Source: Podarcis cretensis (Eukaryota). From it: a stretch of DNA of 64,000 bases. The stretch is taken from positions 25,606,001 to 25,670,000 of the forward strand of contig OX638164.1 of NCBI GenBank assembly GCA_951804945.1, given 5' to 3'. The position numbers and the translations under genes are program-made. This document shows positions 41,725-53,600 of this stretch, piece after piece. The notes beneath the pieces were generated by a model. That model made no database searches. It was not told the origin of the DNA and saw only the letters and a list, made by a program, of their open reading frames with translations. Every line of letters begins with the position of its first letter. Positions within the stretch are counted from its first letter, which is position 1.

Positions 41725-42038
41725 TCAGCTGGTAGGGCTGGGAATGCCCCATCTGAAACCTTGGAGAGCCACTGCCAGTCAGTGCTGGTGAGGCTGAGAT
41801 AGATGCATCATTAGTCTGGCTTGGTAAATGGCAGCTTCCTGCATCTTAAGGGCCATATAGCTCAGCAAGGGGGGATTTGCTTGCCCACAGAAGGTCCCGC
41901 TTCAAATCCCAGCAACTCCCGTTAGGACTGGGGAAACCTCCCGTCTGAAACTCTGTGGAGAGCTGCTGCCAGCCAGTGCGGGCAATGCTGAGCTGGAGGG
42001 ACCGATTCTCTGACTCGGCATATATAAGGCAGCTTCCT
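41725..42038 (+). mobile_element. two tandem tRNA-derived squamate SINE copies (Squam3-like); relatives near 44150-44510 and 63626-63790
   Basis: ggccatatagctcag...gaaggtcc..ttcaaatccc head; ctgaaac..tggagagc..ctgccag body; ggcagcttcct tail appearing twice. Confidence 0.6.
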
Positions 42039-45000
42039 CCCTTTGTCATTTATGTGAGAGAGCAGGCGAGTTGCACGCTGCGAGCTGTTTCCAGCTGGCA
42101 AGCTGCTGCAGCCCCGAGCCCAGCGCGAACTCATTCTTTCCATCTACAGCGAGGCTTCGCAACAGCAGGGGGATTAATGCAAAGAGGCAGCTTGCTCGCC
42201 TCCCTCCGTGCTTCACCCACCAGCTCATCGCCCCCATAAAGAGGGAGGGGAGGTCGTCACTGGAAAGTCAACGTTAGTGCTTCAGACAGAGAGAGGTAGC
42301 CGGGCAGGGTGACCTGTGGACAGAGAGCAGGATTGTCTGTTTTTCTCCTGCAGAGTGAGCGGGCTGAAGTTGTCACAGCGCTCTCTCGGATGCGAATCCA
42401 GAGGGAAACAAGAGCTCTTCTGAACGCAGATTGAGGCAGCAACTGGGAGGCAGCCAAAACCAACGCCAAGGCCTCAGGCTCCCTGGAGAAAGGGTCGCTG
42501 CATTCCTGGCGGCTGCCTGGTCACAAGGTGAGCCTGACGGTGACGCAACGTTGTCTGTTTACTGCCAGGAGTGAGCCCAGGAAAGAGCCTGCCCTGAGCA
42601 GACCCTTGCGGTGCCAAGGCGAACTGAGGTCAAGGCTCCTCCTTCTGGAAGCCAGGCAGGGGGTGACGAAAGACCGTGCTAAGGAGGCAAGGCCTCTCAA
42701 GTGCTGTAAAGGTGGATTTGGTGGGAAGTGAAGGGGGATTTCCCCCTTTTATTCCAATGGCCTAGTGTGTTTTGAGCATAGGGTGTTTTCCAGAGGGGAC
42801 AAGTGCTGGCTGGTTCTCAGGCCCGAGAACTTCTGCTGAGAGGGGGAAGGACAAATTGCATATTTCACGCCTGTAGGGTGGAAGGCAGGGAGACCAACAG
42901 TAGGTGGCGCCAGAGCCAATGAAAGTGGAGCCACCCTGAGCTCTTGTAGGTTGAAAGCAGACAGGTTGCTGGGGCAGTGCCCCCTTTTCCCCTAATGCAG
43001 CAGCCTCTACTGCTCACAACCCCTTCCATGCACAGACTGGCAGGTGGCTTTTCAATGTTGACAATGTCCTCTGCTGTACCTGAAGGCAGGATGAAGAGCA
43101 CCTGTCACACCTCATGGTCCACATAGCTCTGTCCTCCAGTACCACCACCACCCCCTTCCCTTCCCACCCCACCCGAGTGTTGCCCGAGGCAGCTTCCTCC
43201 CTCTACCCGATATTAGGGCTGGCCCTTCTAGTTCCCCAACTCCAGATTACTTCTGTCCCCTAGTGAGCCCAATGAGGGGAGGGACGGGATGGGAGTGATT
43301 TGACCTCTGCAAATCAACAGACATAGTGGCTCTTGGAAAGTGTCAGGCAGTGGGGTTAAGGGGAAAGGATTATCCATAGATAACACATTTTTCAGTAGCT
43401 GTGAGATTTTATCGCGTGTTATTTTGCTGCCTTCGCCTTTTCTTCTTTGAGATTAAGAAATCCACAGGGCGAACCTCTGGATCCAATGCTTTCTCTGGAT
43501 GAATTAGTTTTCTATGCAGTTGAGAGTGTTTCCCCACAAGGGACATTAAAACCTGGACACACACCCTTGGCCTCAGTTGGGATATGCAACCCAGCAAAAG
43601 CTTCCCCATTGATTTTATATATATATATATATAGTGGTCTGAAGAGGGTGACTCTTTGGTAAGTTATCTTGATATTTTTTTGAGAGATTGAAAAGTTGTA
43701 TTGCAAGAAGAGAGAACATTATCCAGCAACCATAGAACAGCAGAGGGTAGGTATTTTGGGGGAGGCAACAGCTCTGCTGGAGCGATATGTTTGCACCACA
43801 AGCTGATGCCTGCCATGCTGACTCACAAGCTTAGTGGGCACAATAGATTGTAACTGGTGTGTGAACTGCTGTAGAGACAACCTGGAACCTCCTCAGAATT
43901 TGGTGCTGGTCCAGAAACCCCACCCTGCTTGTGTTCCAGGGTCTGTCAGTTTGATTCGTAATCCACATGCAGCTGCTTTGTTGTTATGCTTAATAATGTT
44001 AGGCAGCCCTGAGGGAATGCACAATGTTTCACCCATTAGGCTGAATACACCCTGTTGTAAAACACACTTTGATTCTCTTAGTAAGACCTCCTTTGGGCAG
44101 CCCTGCAGTGAGGTTTCTCTCACTGAGAAAAAGGTGTAGAAAATTTGGTCATAGATCATTGGTAGAGCCTCTGCCTTGAATGCAGAAGGCCCTGGTTCAG
44201 TCCCTCCCAACTCTAGGTAGGGTCAGGAGAGAACCAGTTCTGGTTGATGCCCATTGAGACCATTAGGGCAGAAACAAAGCTAACAGGCAGCGCAGCCAGA
44301 GCCAATGGCAGGTAGAGACATCTCTTGATTGGTTGCAAGCAAAAAGGTAGGCAGGTGCAGACTAGCTGAGGTCAGAGCTTTTTAAGGCTGTGCCCTGTTA
44401 GCCCTAACAGAGTAGCCTCCACTAGAGGTCACCCTGCCTGAAACCCTCAAGAACTGCTGCTAGTCAGTGTAGACAATGCTAAACTAGATGGGTCAATGGC
44501 AGCTTCATATCAGTGGACCTGGGTCACTAGCAGGAAGGAAATACTGGCTCCAGGTCTTAGCTGCAAAAGGATTCTTTGGTCATTAATGTGATCGCTCAGA
44601 AGTCGGGGAGGGGGTGTGCCCAAGCTTTAATTGAAGCATGCAAAGTCAGCTTTTTATTGCAAGTTCCTGATAGTGACAAATATTAAAACTCGGGCAACAA
44701 CAAAGTTCTGTACTGGATGTCAAAGGTTAGTTGAGCTGCAGGAGAAGAGGAATTCCTAAGAAGCAAAGAGCCTCTTATTTTCTCTGGCCAGCACCCCCTA
44801 GTTGAGAACTGTGGCAAAAAATAACTGATCTTTATGAGCAGATCTTGTATTGAGGCAGCAGTTTCCTAATCTAATAATAGGCCCCGAGCTTGTTGATGGC
44901 ATGATTCATGCTGCATTGCATAAACCAGCTGGAAGGGTCGCTCCAGTCTCCAGAACATCAGCTCGAGACATCGTGACTAACAAAACTCTCAGCTGCTCTC

Positions 45001-46144
45001 TGCCTTTCTGTACATAGCAAGGCACACGTGAGCCTCTTCTTTGCCCTACTGAGCAAATGGGGACGGAGGCCACGCATGCACGGTTGCACCAATGTGCAAA
45101 AGCTCTTGTGGTGAGGACGATATGCCTTCATGCAGCCTGCTTTGTGTAGCAAGATATTCCTAGCTGTTATGGAGGGTTGAATTTTTTTGCCTTTTGCAAA
45201 GCTGTTACAAGGCACAGGAGAGCACAGCTTTGGGGTGTGGGCAGGAGAGAAGCCAGTGCTGTTTAGAAGGACTAAAAGGGCAATCAGCAAGTACAGTGTT
45301 TAAATGGGACCAGCACTCTCCTATTTCTTCTCTAAAGTATGTTAAAAGGGAAAAAAAAAATCACCAGATTCTGAATCAGGCCACACTGGAGATCCCAGGC
45401 AGCCTCTGCTGTTTCCAAATAGGGACCGACTCAGCTGTGGAGGGAGAGGCTAGCAGCTCTCCTTAAGTCTGTTTCTGACACAACCCTTTCTCTTCTCCTC
45501 TTCACAGCTTTGCCCAGCCACATCTCCTGCCCTTCCTGTGAGGATGATGCGCCAGTTTTCCAGATTCGCAACCTCTGTGTGTTGTTCCAGTGTTGGGGTG
45601 GAGATGTTCATTCAATCCCACTTCTGGCCACCCTGGTGGCAATGAATCTTCAGCCTGCAGCCCTGCTCCCATGTGAAATATTTAGTTACGTTGCATTTTC
45701 TTCCTTACAATTCAGGTGAACAAGGTCAAGTGACCAAAATCAACTCATTTGCTTCTGGGACTGGCTTCCTCAAACATTTCTTCAGAATAACATGTTTTGT
45801 GATTTTTTTTTAACATGCGTAAGTTTAGGGTGAAAAATCATCTGCTGCCTCCCACTTCTTCAGGGCCCCCGGCTAGATGCATTAGCTGTACATGGTGAAG
45901 GATAGTCTCATTGGATGCTTAAAATGTCAGCTCTAGCCTCAGAAGGGAGACCTTGGCCTTCCCGTCATGAAATAAATCACCTGTTGCTCTCACATGTCGT
46001 CAGCACTTTTCTCATCTACTTTTGAGGCTGTGGATGATGCAGTTAGACTGGAGCTTTGGGTGCATGAAAGACAGAGAGAGACCAACACACGCACTTTCCT
46101 TCCACATCTAAAACTGCATTGGGGGGGGGGGTACAAGCCTAATT

Positions 46145-46150
46145 TTTAAT
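46145..46150 (-). terminator. candidate ALG9 polyadenylation signal (ATTAAA)
   Basis: ATTAAA on the minus strand ~860 nt after the ALG9 stop, followed by GT/T-rich sequence (gtgcgtgtgttggtctctctctgtcttt). Confidence 0.45.
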
Positions 46151-47011
46151 CACTAATGACACACTTTCATAGTACATACAGTGCAGACTGAATGAGAAGC
46201 CACTGTATTCCACAGCGAAAGGTGTGCAGTGAGGAGGAGATCCCCCTTCCGCACTTTACAAAGCCAGACATTTCACAAAGAAGCTAGAATGTAGAGGTGG
46301 GTGAAAGGAAACTTAAAACAAAAAAACACCCTACACAAACCTGTGTTTTGGCAGCAGCTGACAAGACAGACAATGGAGGTTTTTAAAATAAAAACCCACT
46401 CATGCACAAGTCAATGTTTCACTAAATTATGTAATTAACAGAGTCACAGTTCTCGAAAGTGCAAGTTATTTCTGCTCCATCTGAGTCAAGGAGGGCCTTT
46501 TCCCCTGAAGACCCACCAGGGAGCGTTGTGCATTCCTGCTGGTGAGGCTGTTTTCTCTCTCCAAAAGGCCTCTTAAAACACACACATACACCCCCCTCCC
46601 AAAATAAAAACTTCCCTCTGGGGTTGGCGAGATGTTCTGTGGTGGAGGGGAAATACTGAAAGACCCACAGCAGCCCCAGGCTACCTCTCAGCCAGGACCT
46701 TGGTAAACGTTCGCACAAACCAAGATTTTTGCTCCTGTTTACTCCTCAGCAAGATGACGCCTTGCTCATACTTTCCAGGAGTTCCTGAAAGCGAAGCAGA
46801 GCCCCCAAACAATGGCAGATCAGGTGGTCAGTAATATTGCAGCACAGCCAGCCAAAAAAGGGAAACCTTCCCAAGCATTTCCCTACCCACCCACCACAGC
46901 CACTGCCACTGCCACTCTTACAAAAAATGGGAGTGGGCAGGTGGGATTGAGACACCTGAAGAAGAAGCCAGCATCTTCGGCCGGTTCTCGTTGGATCCCC
47001 AGAGGCTCGAG

Positions 47012-47135
47012 CTAGCCTCCAGCTTTCTTCCTGGCTTGCTTGAAGCGCCGAGGCTTCAGGATGGTATAGTTCATGTACGTTGTGTGCTGGTGGGACAGGA
47101 AGGGGATGTAGAAGGCCCGAAAGAACTTTGAGGAC
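47012..47135 (-). CDS. ALG9: ALG9 terminal coding exon
   Basis: ttccag|GTCCTCA...; (R)SSKFFRAFYIPFLSHQHTTYMNYTILKPRRFKQARKKAGG*; 124 bp. Confidence 0.94.
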
Positions 47136-50100
47136 CTGGAAAACCAAGGAAGCTTTTGAAAATAAAATGTATGACACACGCATTGCTAGCTATTAATAGC
47201 AAACTTGGTGGTGGGAAGGCACCAAAACAGGCCTACCCACAGAGAAAGTGAGGGTTTCTAAGACTCCCTAGATATGCAGGGGGAAATTGGAACATTAAGG
47301 GCAGTTGAACATCACTTATAGGGAAAGGAGAACAAAAAAGAATTTGACAGGGAGGGCTGGCCTGCTTAAAGCCCCTGGTAGCTTATTGTATGCTTGAGGG
47401 TGTGGGGAAGTGCTAAGGCGGCTAGTGGGGAATGGGGAGGGTCTCCTTGGTTTAAAAGTGCTGGCACATGCCTTTGCTGCCTCAGCTGGGATCCCTAATC
47501 CATCCTGCCCTTTCCTCCCCCAGAACTGGAGCGCTCAGCCAATGCAGAATTAAATGGACCCAGACAAAGCTGCTGCCTGAGTAGCATAATTAGTCGATGG
47601 CTCTGAGTGCTCTCTAATTCAATTAGCAGCACCATTTATCAAAGCCAACTGAGAGTTACCACGGCACTGGCTGACGTCAATGGGGGACTCTTTGTGTCCC
47701 AGAAGCCTCTGGTTCAGCAAGCATGAATCGAGCAGCCAGGGTCATTCAGTTTCCCAGAGAAGAGGAACAGTAGTTGTGAGAAAGATAAAACGCATTCGTC
47801 AGGCAGCAGGCGCAGAGTGGCAGCCCAAAGCAGCAGCCCCCACTGGCTCTCCTGTGTTTGTGCACTGGTCCCTCCTACCCCAGCCTCCAAGCCCAAAATG
47901 TTACTTGAAAACCCATATCTCAGCTACAGCCCTGCTATATTACTACATTTTCACAAATAGTTTCAAGAGCAGAATTGTGGCACTCTCAGGTACAGAATGC
48001 AGCAGGAGCAGCTAAACTTAAGGCCCACCCATGTAGAAATTCCCTGAGAACACTGAGCAGTGGTCATGGTCAGGCTGGTGGTTTTTTATTTACACAGTGC
48101 CTGGAGACCACAAAGGGGGGGCAGAGAAACAGACAGTTGTTAGTCCGCATTCTCCCCTTGAGGGTTCAGGAGTTAGGCAGCTGGCTGCGCTGCAGTGGAG
48201 GTCAGCCGGGCTGAGAGAGGGGCAGCCAGCCAGAAGTTCGAGTCCGTTTGCAAGCAGCCACGTGACCTCCCCTCTCCCTCCATCTCCTCGGTCAAATTCC
48301 AGTCTCTGAAAACAGCCAATAGCTATTAACAGATCCATTCCCCTGCACACACCCGCCACTCTCTCTTTTTGGAACCGCTATGTTTGGATCGACGGAGCAG
48401 CTGCCAGATCTAGAGGCTGCCAAAATCCAGCATGCCCCCGGCTCTCGCTCTTCCTCCCTCTGAACCAGGAGCAAGCAGTAACCAGCTGTCACTGCTACAG
48501 GCAAGTCAATGGAGGGTCTTCCACCAGGTTCCCATAAAAAGGAAGGAGTGGAAAGGGCTCAGGGCTTCAATTCATGCTTGCTGCTTAGAATATTCAGGGA
48601 TTAAACTTATGCCAGGACTGAGCCCCAGTAACTTTTCAGTTTTTAAACCTCCCTTTTCCCTTTGGAACATATAAAATAATGAAAGTGACACTTCCTCTGA
48701 GCGTGTGCAGAACAAACACATCTGACATTTGAGGAAAGGATTTCCCCAAGGTGAGGAGGGCAGACTTAAGGTCAGATATCTTTCTTTTCAGAAACTAAAG
48801 CACTGGAGATATGCATTGACAGTGAGACAAATATGTTTTGCGAATGAATAAGCCAAACCACAGTGAAAAATACCACTTCATCACACATAGAATTATTGCC
48901 AGGCTGCACAAGCTATGGAATATTTAACACCATGTAATTTCTTCAGATTCAGTATTGGCAGAAGTGGCCAAGGATGGAAGCAGCTGCTTCGGATGCTGCC
49001 TCTCTGGGTCGCCAGCACAGTCAGCTGAACCTCTTCCTGCCAACCCCCCCCCCCCCGAGCTGCCAATTGAGATACTCCAGCAAGCTGGTAACCTATTAAC
49101 ACATCTCCCACTGCCACCTTCCTTGGGGAAATTCTCACAGAGCTGGCTTCCCATCCACCCACTGATCAAGCTTTTTATTTATTTTTTTAAAATAACAATT
49201 CTCGATCATGCTCTTATCTTTTAAAATATATAAAGAGAAAAGCGTGGGGAGTGCTGGGGAAGCCAGACAGCTGTGAACACTTCTGAGGAGCCAGACATGT
49301 CGCAGCCATCAACGTGAGGCTGGAAGGGGAAGAGGAAGTGGATTGCATGGGACCCAAAATCCCACCCTCAGTGTCTCATGAGGCTGGCAGATCTTTCCTG
49401 AAAGGTGAGCCCCCCTCGGACCAGTAGACTTGGGAGCAAAACTTCAGCCAGAACAGTTGCCGAGAGGAAGAGGATGACACAGGGGAACTGCAAATTTAGA
49501 AGTGAGGGGATGTGATTAACTTCACACCTCAGTAATCTTTTTAGCAGTCTACAACTCACTTGCAAGGGAAAGGGGGGAAGGAAGGAAGAAGGGTGCTGCT
49601 GGCTGCCAACAGTCCTCCCTGCTGGGGGGGAATTCCTTCCTTCTCGACCTCTAGCATGACTCAAACCCTGGGCCAAGTCATCCCAAAAGGAAACTTTATT
49701 GAAAATCCACCAGCAGTGCAGGCTGTTGCCATTCCAAACACCACTGTCATAAGGAGTAGACAGAGCAGGTGCAGTTTGCCTGTGCAGATTAAGAGCGCAC
49801 ACACATGCACACACACACACATGACTACTGCTCCCTTTTTCAGGTAACGACTTTTCCATCCCTCCCTCCCCAAAAGATGCAAGTTCCCGAATTGAGTTTT
49901 GCAGAGATCCCTAACTAGGCAGAATGCGCCCCCTATAGCCCTCCTTTTCCCCTTGTGCTTTTCAGCATCTTACCTTGAACTATCCAGGAAAGGCTTGTAA
50001 GCGATACTGATCCATTCTTCCCTGTTGGCTGCATACCGTGGCTCCCTGGGTGCTTCGGTTGCAGTGTCTAAATCCACCAGGTAATGGCATTTGGAAATGT

Positions 50101-50580
50101 CAAACTGGAAGGGAGAGAGGACATTTTGGGTTGGTTCCCATCTCCTACAGGGATGCAGCTCACACAGCATTAAGGCTCCTACTCTTTGCAGGGACAACAT
50201 CTCCTTGCCTGTCTCATCAGTAGAAGAACAACACTTGGGATGCTTTTCTGCATTACAGCTGTCTCACATATGGACATTTGGGCCACAGGTTGTACTGTGC
50301 ATAAGAGTTTATGTTTTTAGGACCTGGGTGTGTCTATTCTGCTTGCATCCTGTGACAACTTGGTGACTGAAGTTACGTTTTGTTTTCTTAAAATACTTGA
50401 GTGTCCAGGCACTTATCACGGAAACAGCTTTGTCCAAATGCAGTGGCGTCCCCCAGCTATGGCTGCTTATGTTTAAACAGGTACGTAGGAATCCCCCACA
50501 TGCCAAAGAGAAGTTCTGCCCTGAAAGAAATCAAGAGTGCTATTTCCCATTGGGCACAGCAAGCGTGTCCTGTCCAAGGT

Positions 50581-50620
<40 letters not shown>

Positions 50621-53600
50621 GCCACTTACGTATCTGGAGGGCTCTTCCTGGTTTTGGTCGTTCATGTCTGTTGGAATGATGCGAGTGGCCATTGGTCCCT
50701 TTGCAAATGGTTTTGGCAACTGGCCCCGGAACTCTGATGGAATGAACTGAAGCTGCCAACTGCAGGGAGTAAGAGGGAGGGGGTGATATTAAACCCTGTG
50801 GGCTTTTAACTTGCAAGCAAAACGCCACAGCAATAACCCAGCAAGGCAAAGACTGTGAACACAGCTTGGGGTTGCCAGCTGTCCGCTACAGAACAGCTCA
50901 CCGTAATCTGCAGGCCACAGGAGGAGGATGTGCCTGTGATTCCTTCATGGGTGAATCAGGATTTGGGAGTGGGGTGTGTGTGTATGCATGTTCACAGTCC
51001 CATTATCATTAACTGCTCTTCATGTTACATATTCTAGGGGCTTCCCTCGTCAGAGGGCTGCAGACCATGGGGAAATGGAATGCTACAGTTGTGACAGGCC
51101 ATTGGAGGGGGGCAGTGATAGGGGGAAACGTGCAGCACTCCTGAGAGTGCAAAGAAAACAAAGGCCAGAATCAGGAAAAGAGGAAAACAAACAGGCTCCT
51201 GTAGGTACAAAGCCTTGCTAAATTCACATTTTGCCTACAAGCGCCAAGAAAGTTTGCAGCTCAGGTATCATTCGGAGCCCATCTGCTGCAACAGGGTCAG
51301 AGCAACCCTGGCAGAAGGTGCTTCAGTGGGGCAGGAGATCCAGAAAGCCTTTTTGTCCTTGATGCTCCTTAACTCATGCTCCAGTGACTCCAAGAACACA
51401 GCCCTCGGCTGCTGCCTGAGCCCTAATCACTGGCAAGGCCAGAGCTAATCCCAGCTCTTGCAATGCTGCAGCAGTTTTGACGTAGTCTTGGGCGAGTTTT
51501 GTTCCTCTTAATCATCAATCCCTTGTGACGGTGTTGGGATTTAATGCCTCATTCTCTTTCTCTCTTTTTTTAAAGGTGGGGGGGAGAGATATCCATCTGG
51601 CGCATTATGGTCTAGGTACCGTTAGGTTATTAAACCCTTGAATTTACAGCTACAGTAACGTCTGTGCAGGCAAAGCTGCCTCGGTTTGAAGCTGAAGGGG
51701 CAGGCATAAGCGCAGCCTGACGTGAGCATCAGTGTCACCATGAAAAGCTAAATGCAAAGCTGTGCTAATCAGTAGCACACACAACACACCCAGCCAAAAA
51801 AATCCCACTTGAAATTCTGTCTTCAGCCAAATCAAAGTACATTACTGTAGGAGCTGGATTTGGCCATCTGCACTACCTGAGCAAATCTGAATCATGTCTC
51901 ATCTTTTGAAAAGTCATTTTCTGCAATTATTTGCATAATGGATGCAGATGAGGGGGGGGAACAAGCACCTCACAGAAGCTCCTGTCCCCTTTGTATTATC
52001 GGCAGCCATGAGACCTAGAAACCTTGCTTTGTGGGGTTTTTTAATCCTGAAGTGGGTTTTATAGGAAACTGAATTCTGCTCCTAATTCCACATTCTGCAT
52101 TTTTTTTGCTGCAGTCCTGCAAAATTACTTGTTTCATAAATTTATTTACTGCTTGATTGTAACAAACAAACATGCTCAAAGCGGTTTACAAAAAGAATTG
52201 AGCAATAAATATATTAGTAAAAAAATAAAATGAAACATTCGAAAAATTAAACCTGGCAATAAACCAAAAACACATCAAAATTGCAATCTCAACACAACAC
52301 AACACTGCCCAGTGTTTATGTCACAATGTCCAGGTACTCTCTCCATCTCACCGGCCTCAACACCTTCCTTTGATTCCTGCAGCGGCCAAAAGCAACCCAG
52401 TTCTCATCACCATCGGTGAGCCTGGGGGAACTTGGCCACTGCAGCTGTTAATGAGGTTCTCTCTCAAACTATGGAAAACAGCAGCAGATCCTGGTTTCAA
52501 ATCTTGGTTAAGAGGCAACCTTAGTTAAAAGCTGGCAAACCTGGGAGCCAGAGGAGGACATTGTTCCATGGTCCTCAGTCTTCAGTTGCTGTGTGATCTG
52601 CTTTGAAAACTCAGAATGTAAAAAGAGCTCTGCTGGATTAGGACAAAGATCTAGTCCAGTGACCAACCAGATCCTCATGGGAAACTCTCAAGCAAGACAT
52701 GAGCATAGCAGCAGCATTCTCCCCTCCTGCGATTCCCAGCACCTGGAATTCAGAGGGGAAACTGCTGCTTGTTTATTTTTAACTGATGCTGGTTTGGCTA
52801 GTTAGTTTGCTTTTGTTTCTAAGCAGCATTTTCTCTTGTTTTTAGGTTTTACTTTTATCTTGTGCTGCATTAATTTTGTATAAGCCACCTCATGCGCTTT
52901 TGAAGGAAGATGGGGCATAAATGACCTGGAAGGCTGACAGTGTTGAGCAGCTGGCATGGACACTGGTCCACCCAACTATTTACTCCTGCTCTATGCTCTA
53001 ATTGGTTATCTCTTGTGATGAACAGCACCTGCATCCTTGTGGGATAAACCCTGTTTGTGTCTTGACTTACTTATCTGGCAGGAGGAAGCTGCTGGGGAAA
53101 CGGTGCCATTCCTTCCCCACACAAACGTGAACCGGCCTCCCCTCTGGCACAGTGTGGATTGTGGGATCAGTGGCGATTCTGTGGAATTCTGGATACAGGT
53201 CAAGGGGCCCATGGTAACCTAAGAGGAAGAGACACTGCAAGTGAAAAAAAAGGAAGAAGATTTGGCTGTGCCTTTGTGCCTAAACAATTTTAGGAACCCC
53301 TTCAAGTCAGCATGAGCTTCCCTGAGCTATGATGAACTGCGAAAATGCCCTTCCCTTGCACTCACCAAAGAGAACCAGAAATTTACACTTTGGAAACTGC
53401 TTTGTAAGGAGCCAAGCCACTGGCCCATATAGCTCAGCATCTTATCTACTAGGGATAGAAAACCCCTGGAACTCCAAATATTGGACTATACCACCCAGCA
53501 TCTCTGACCATTGGTAATGGTGACTGGGGCTGATGGGAGTCAGAGTCCAACAGGCTCAGACCAGCAGTGGCTCTCCAACATTCAGTCAGAAGTCAAGACT

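Noticed and set aside
50457-50849. 130-aa minus-strand ORF, first considered as a PPP2R1B alternative tail
   Set aside because: It overlaps ALG9 exon 13 in the wrong frame; the real frame is WQLQFIPSEFRGQLPK.
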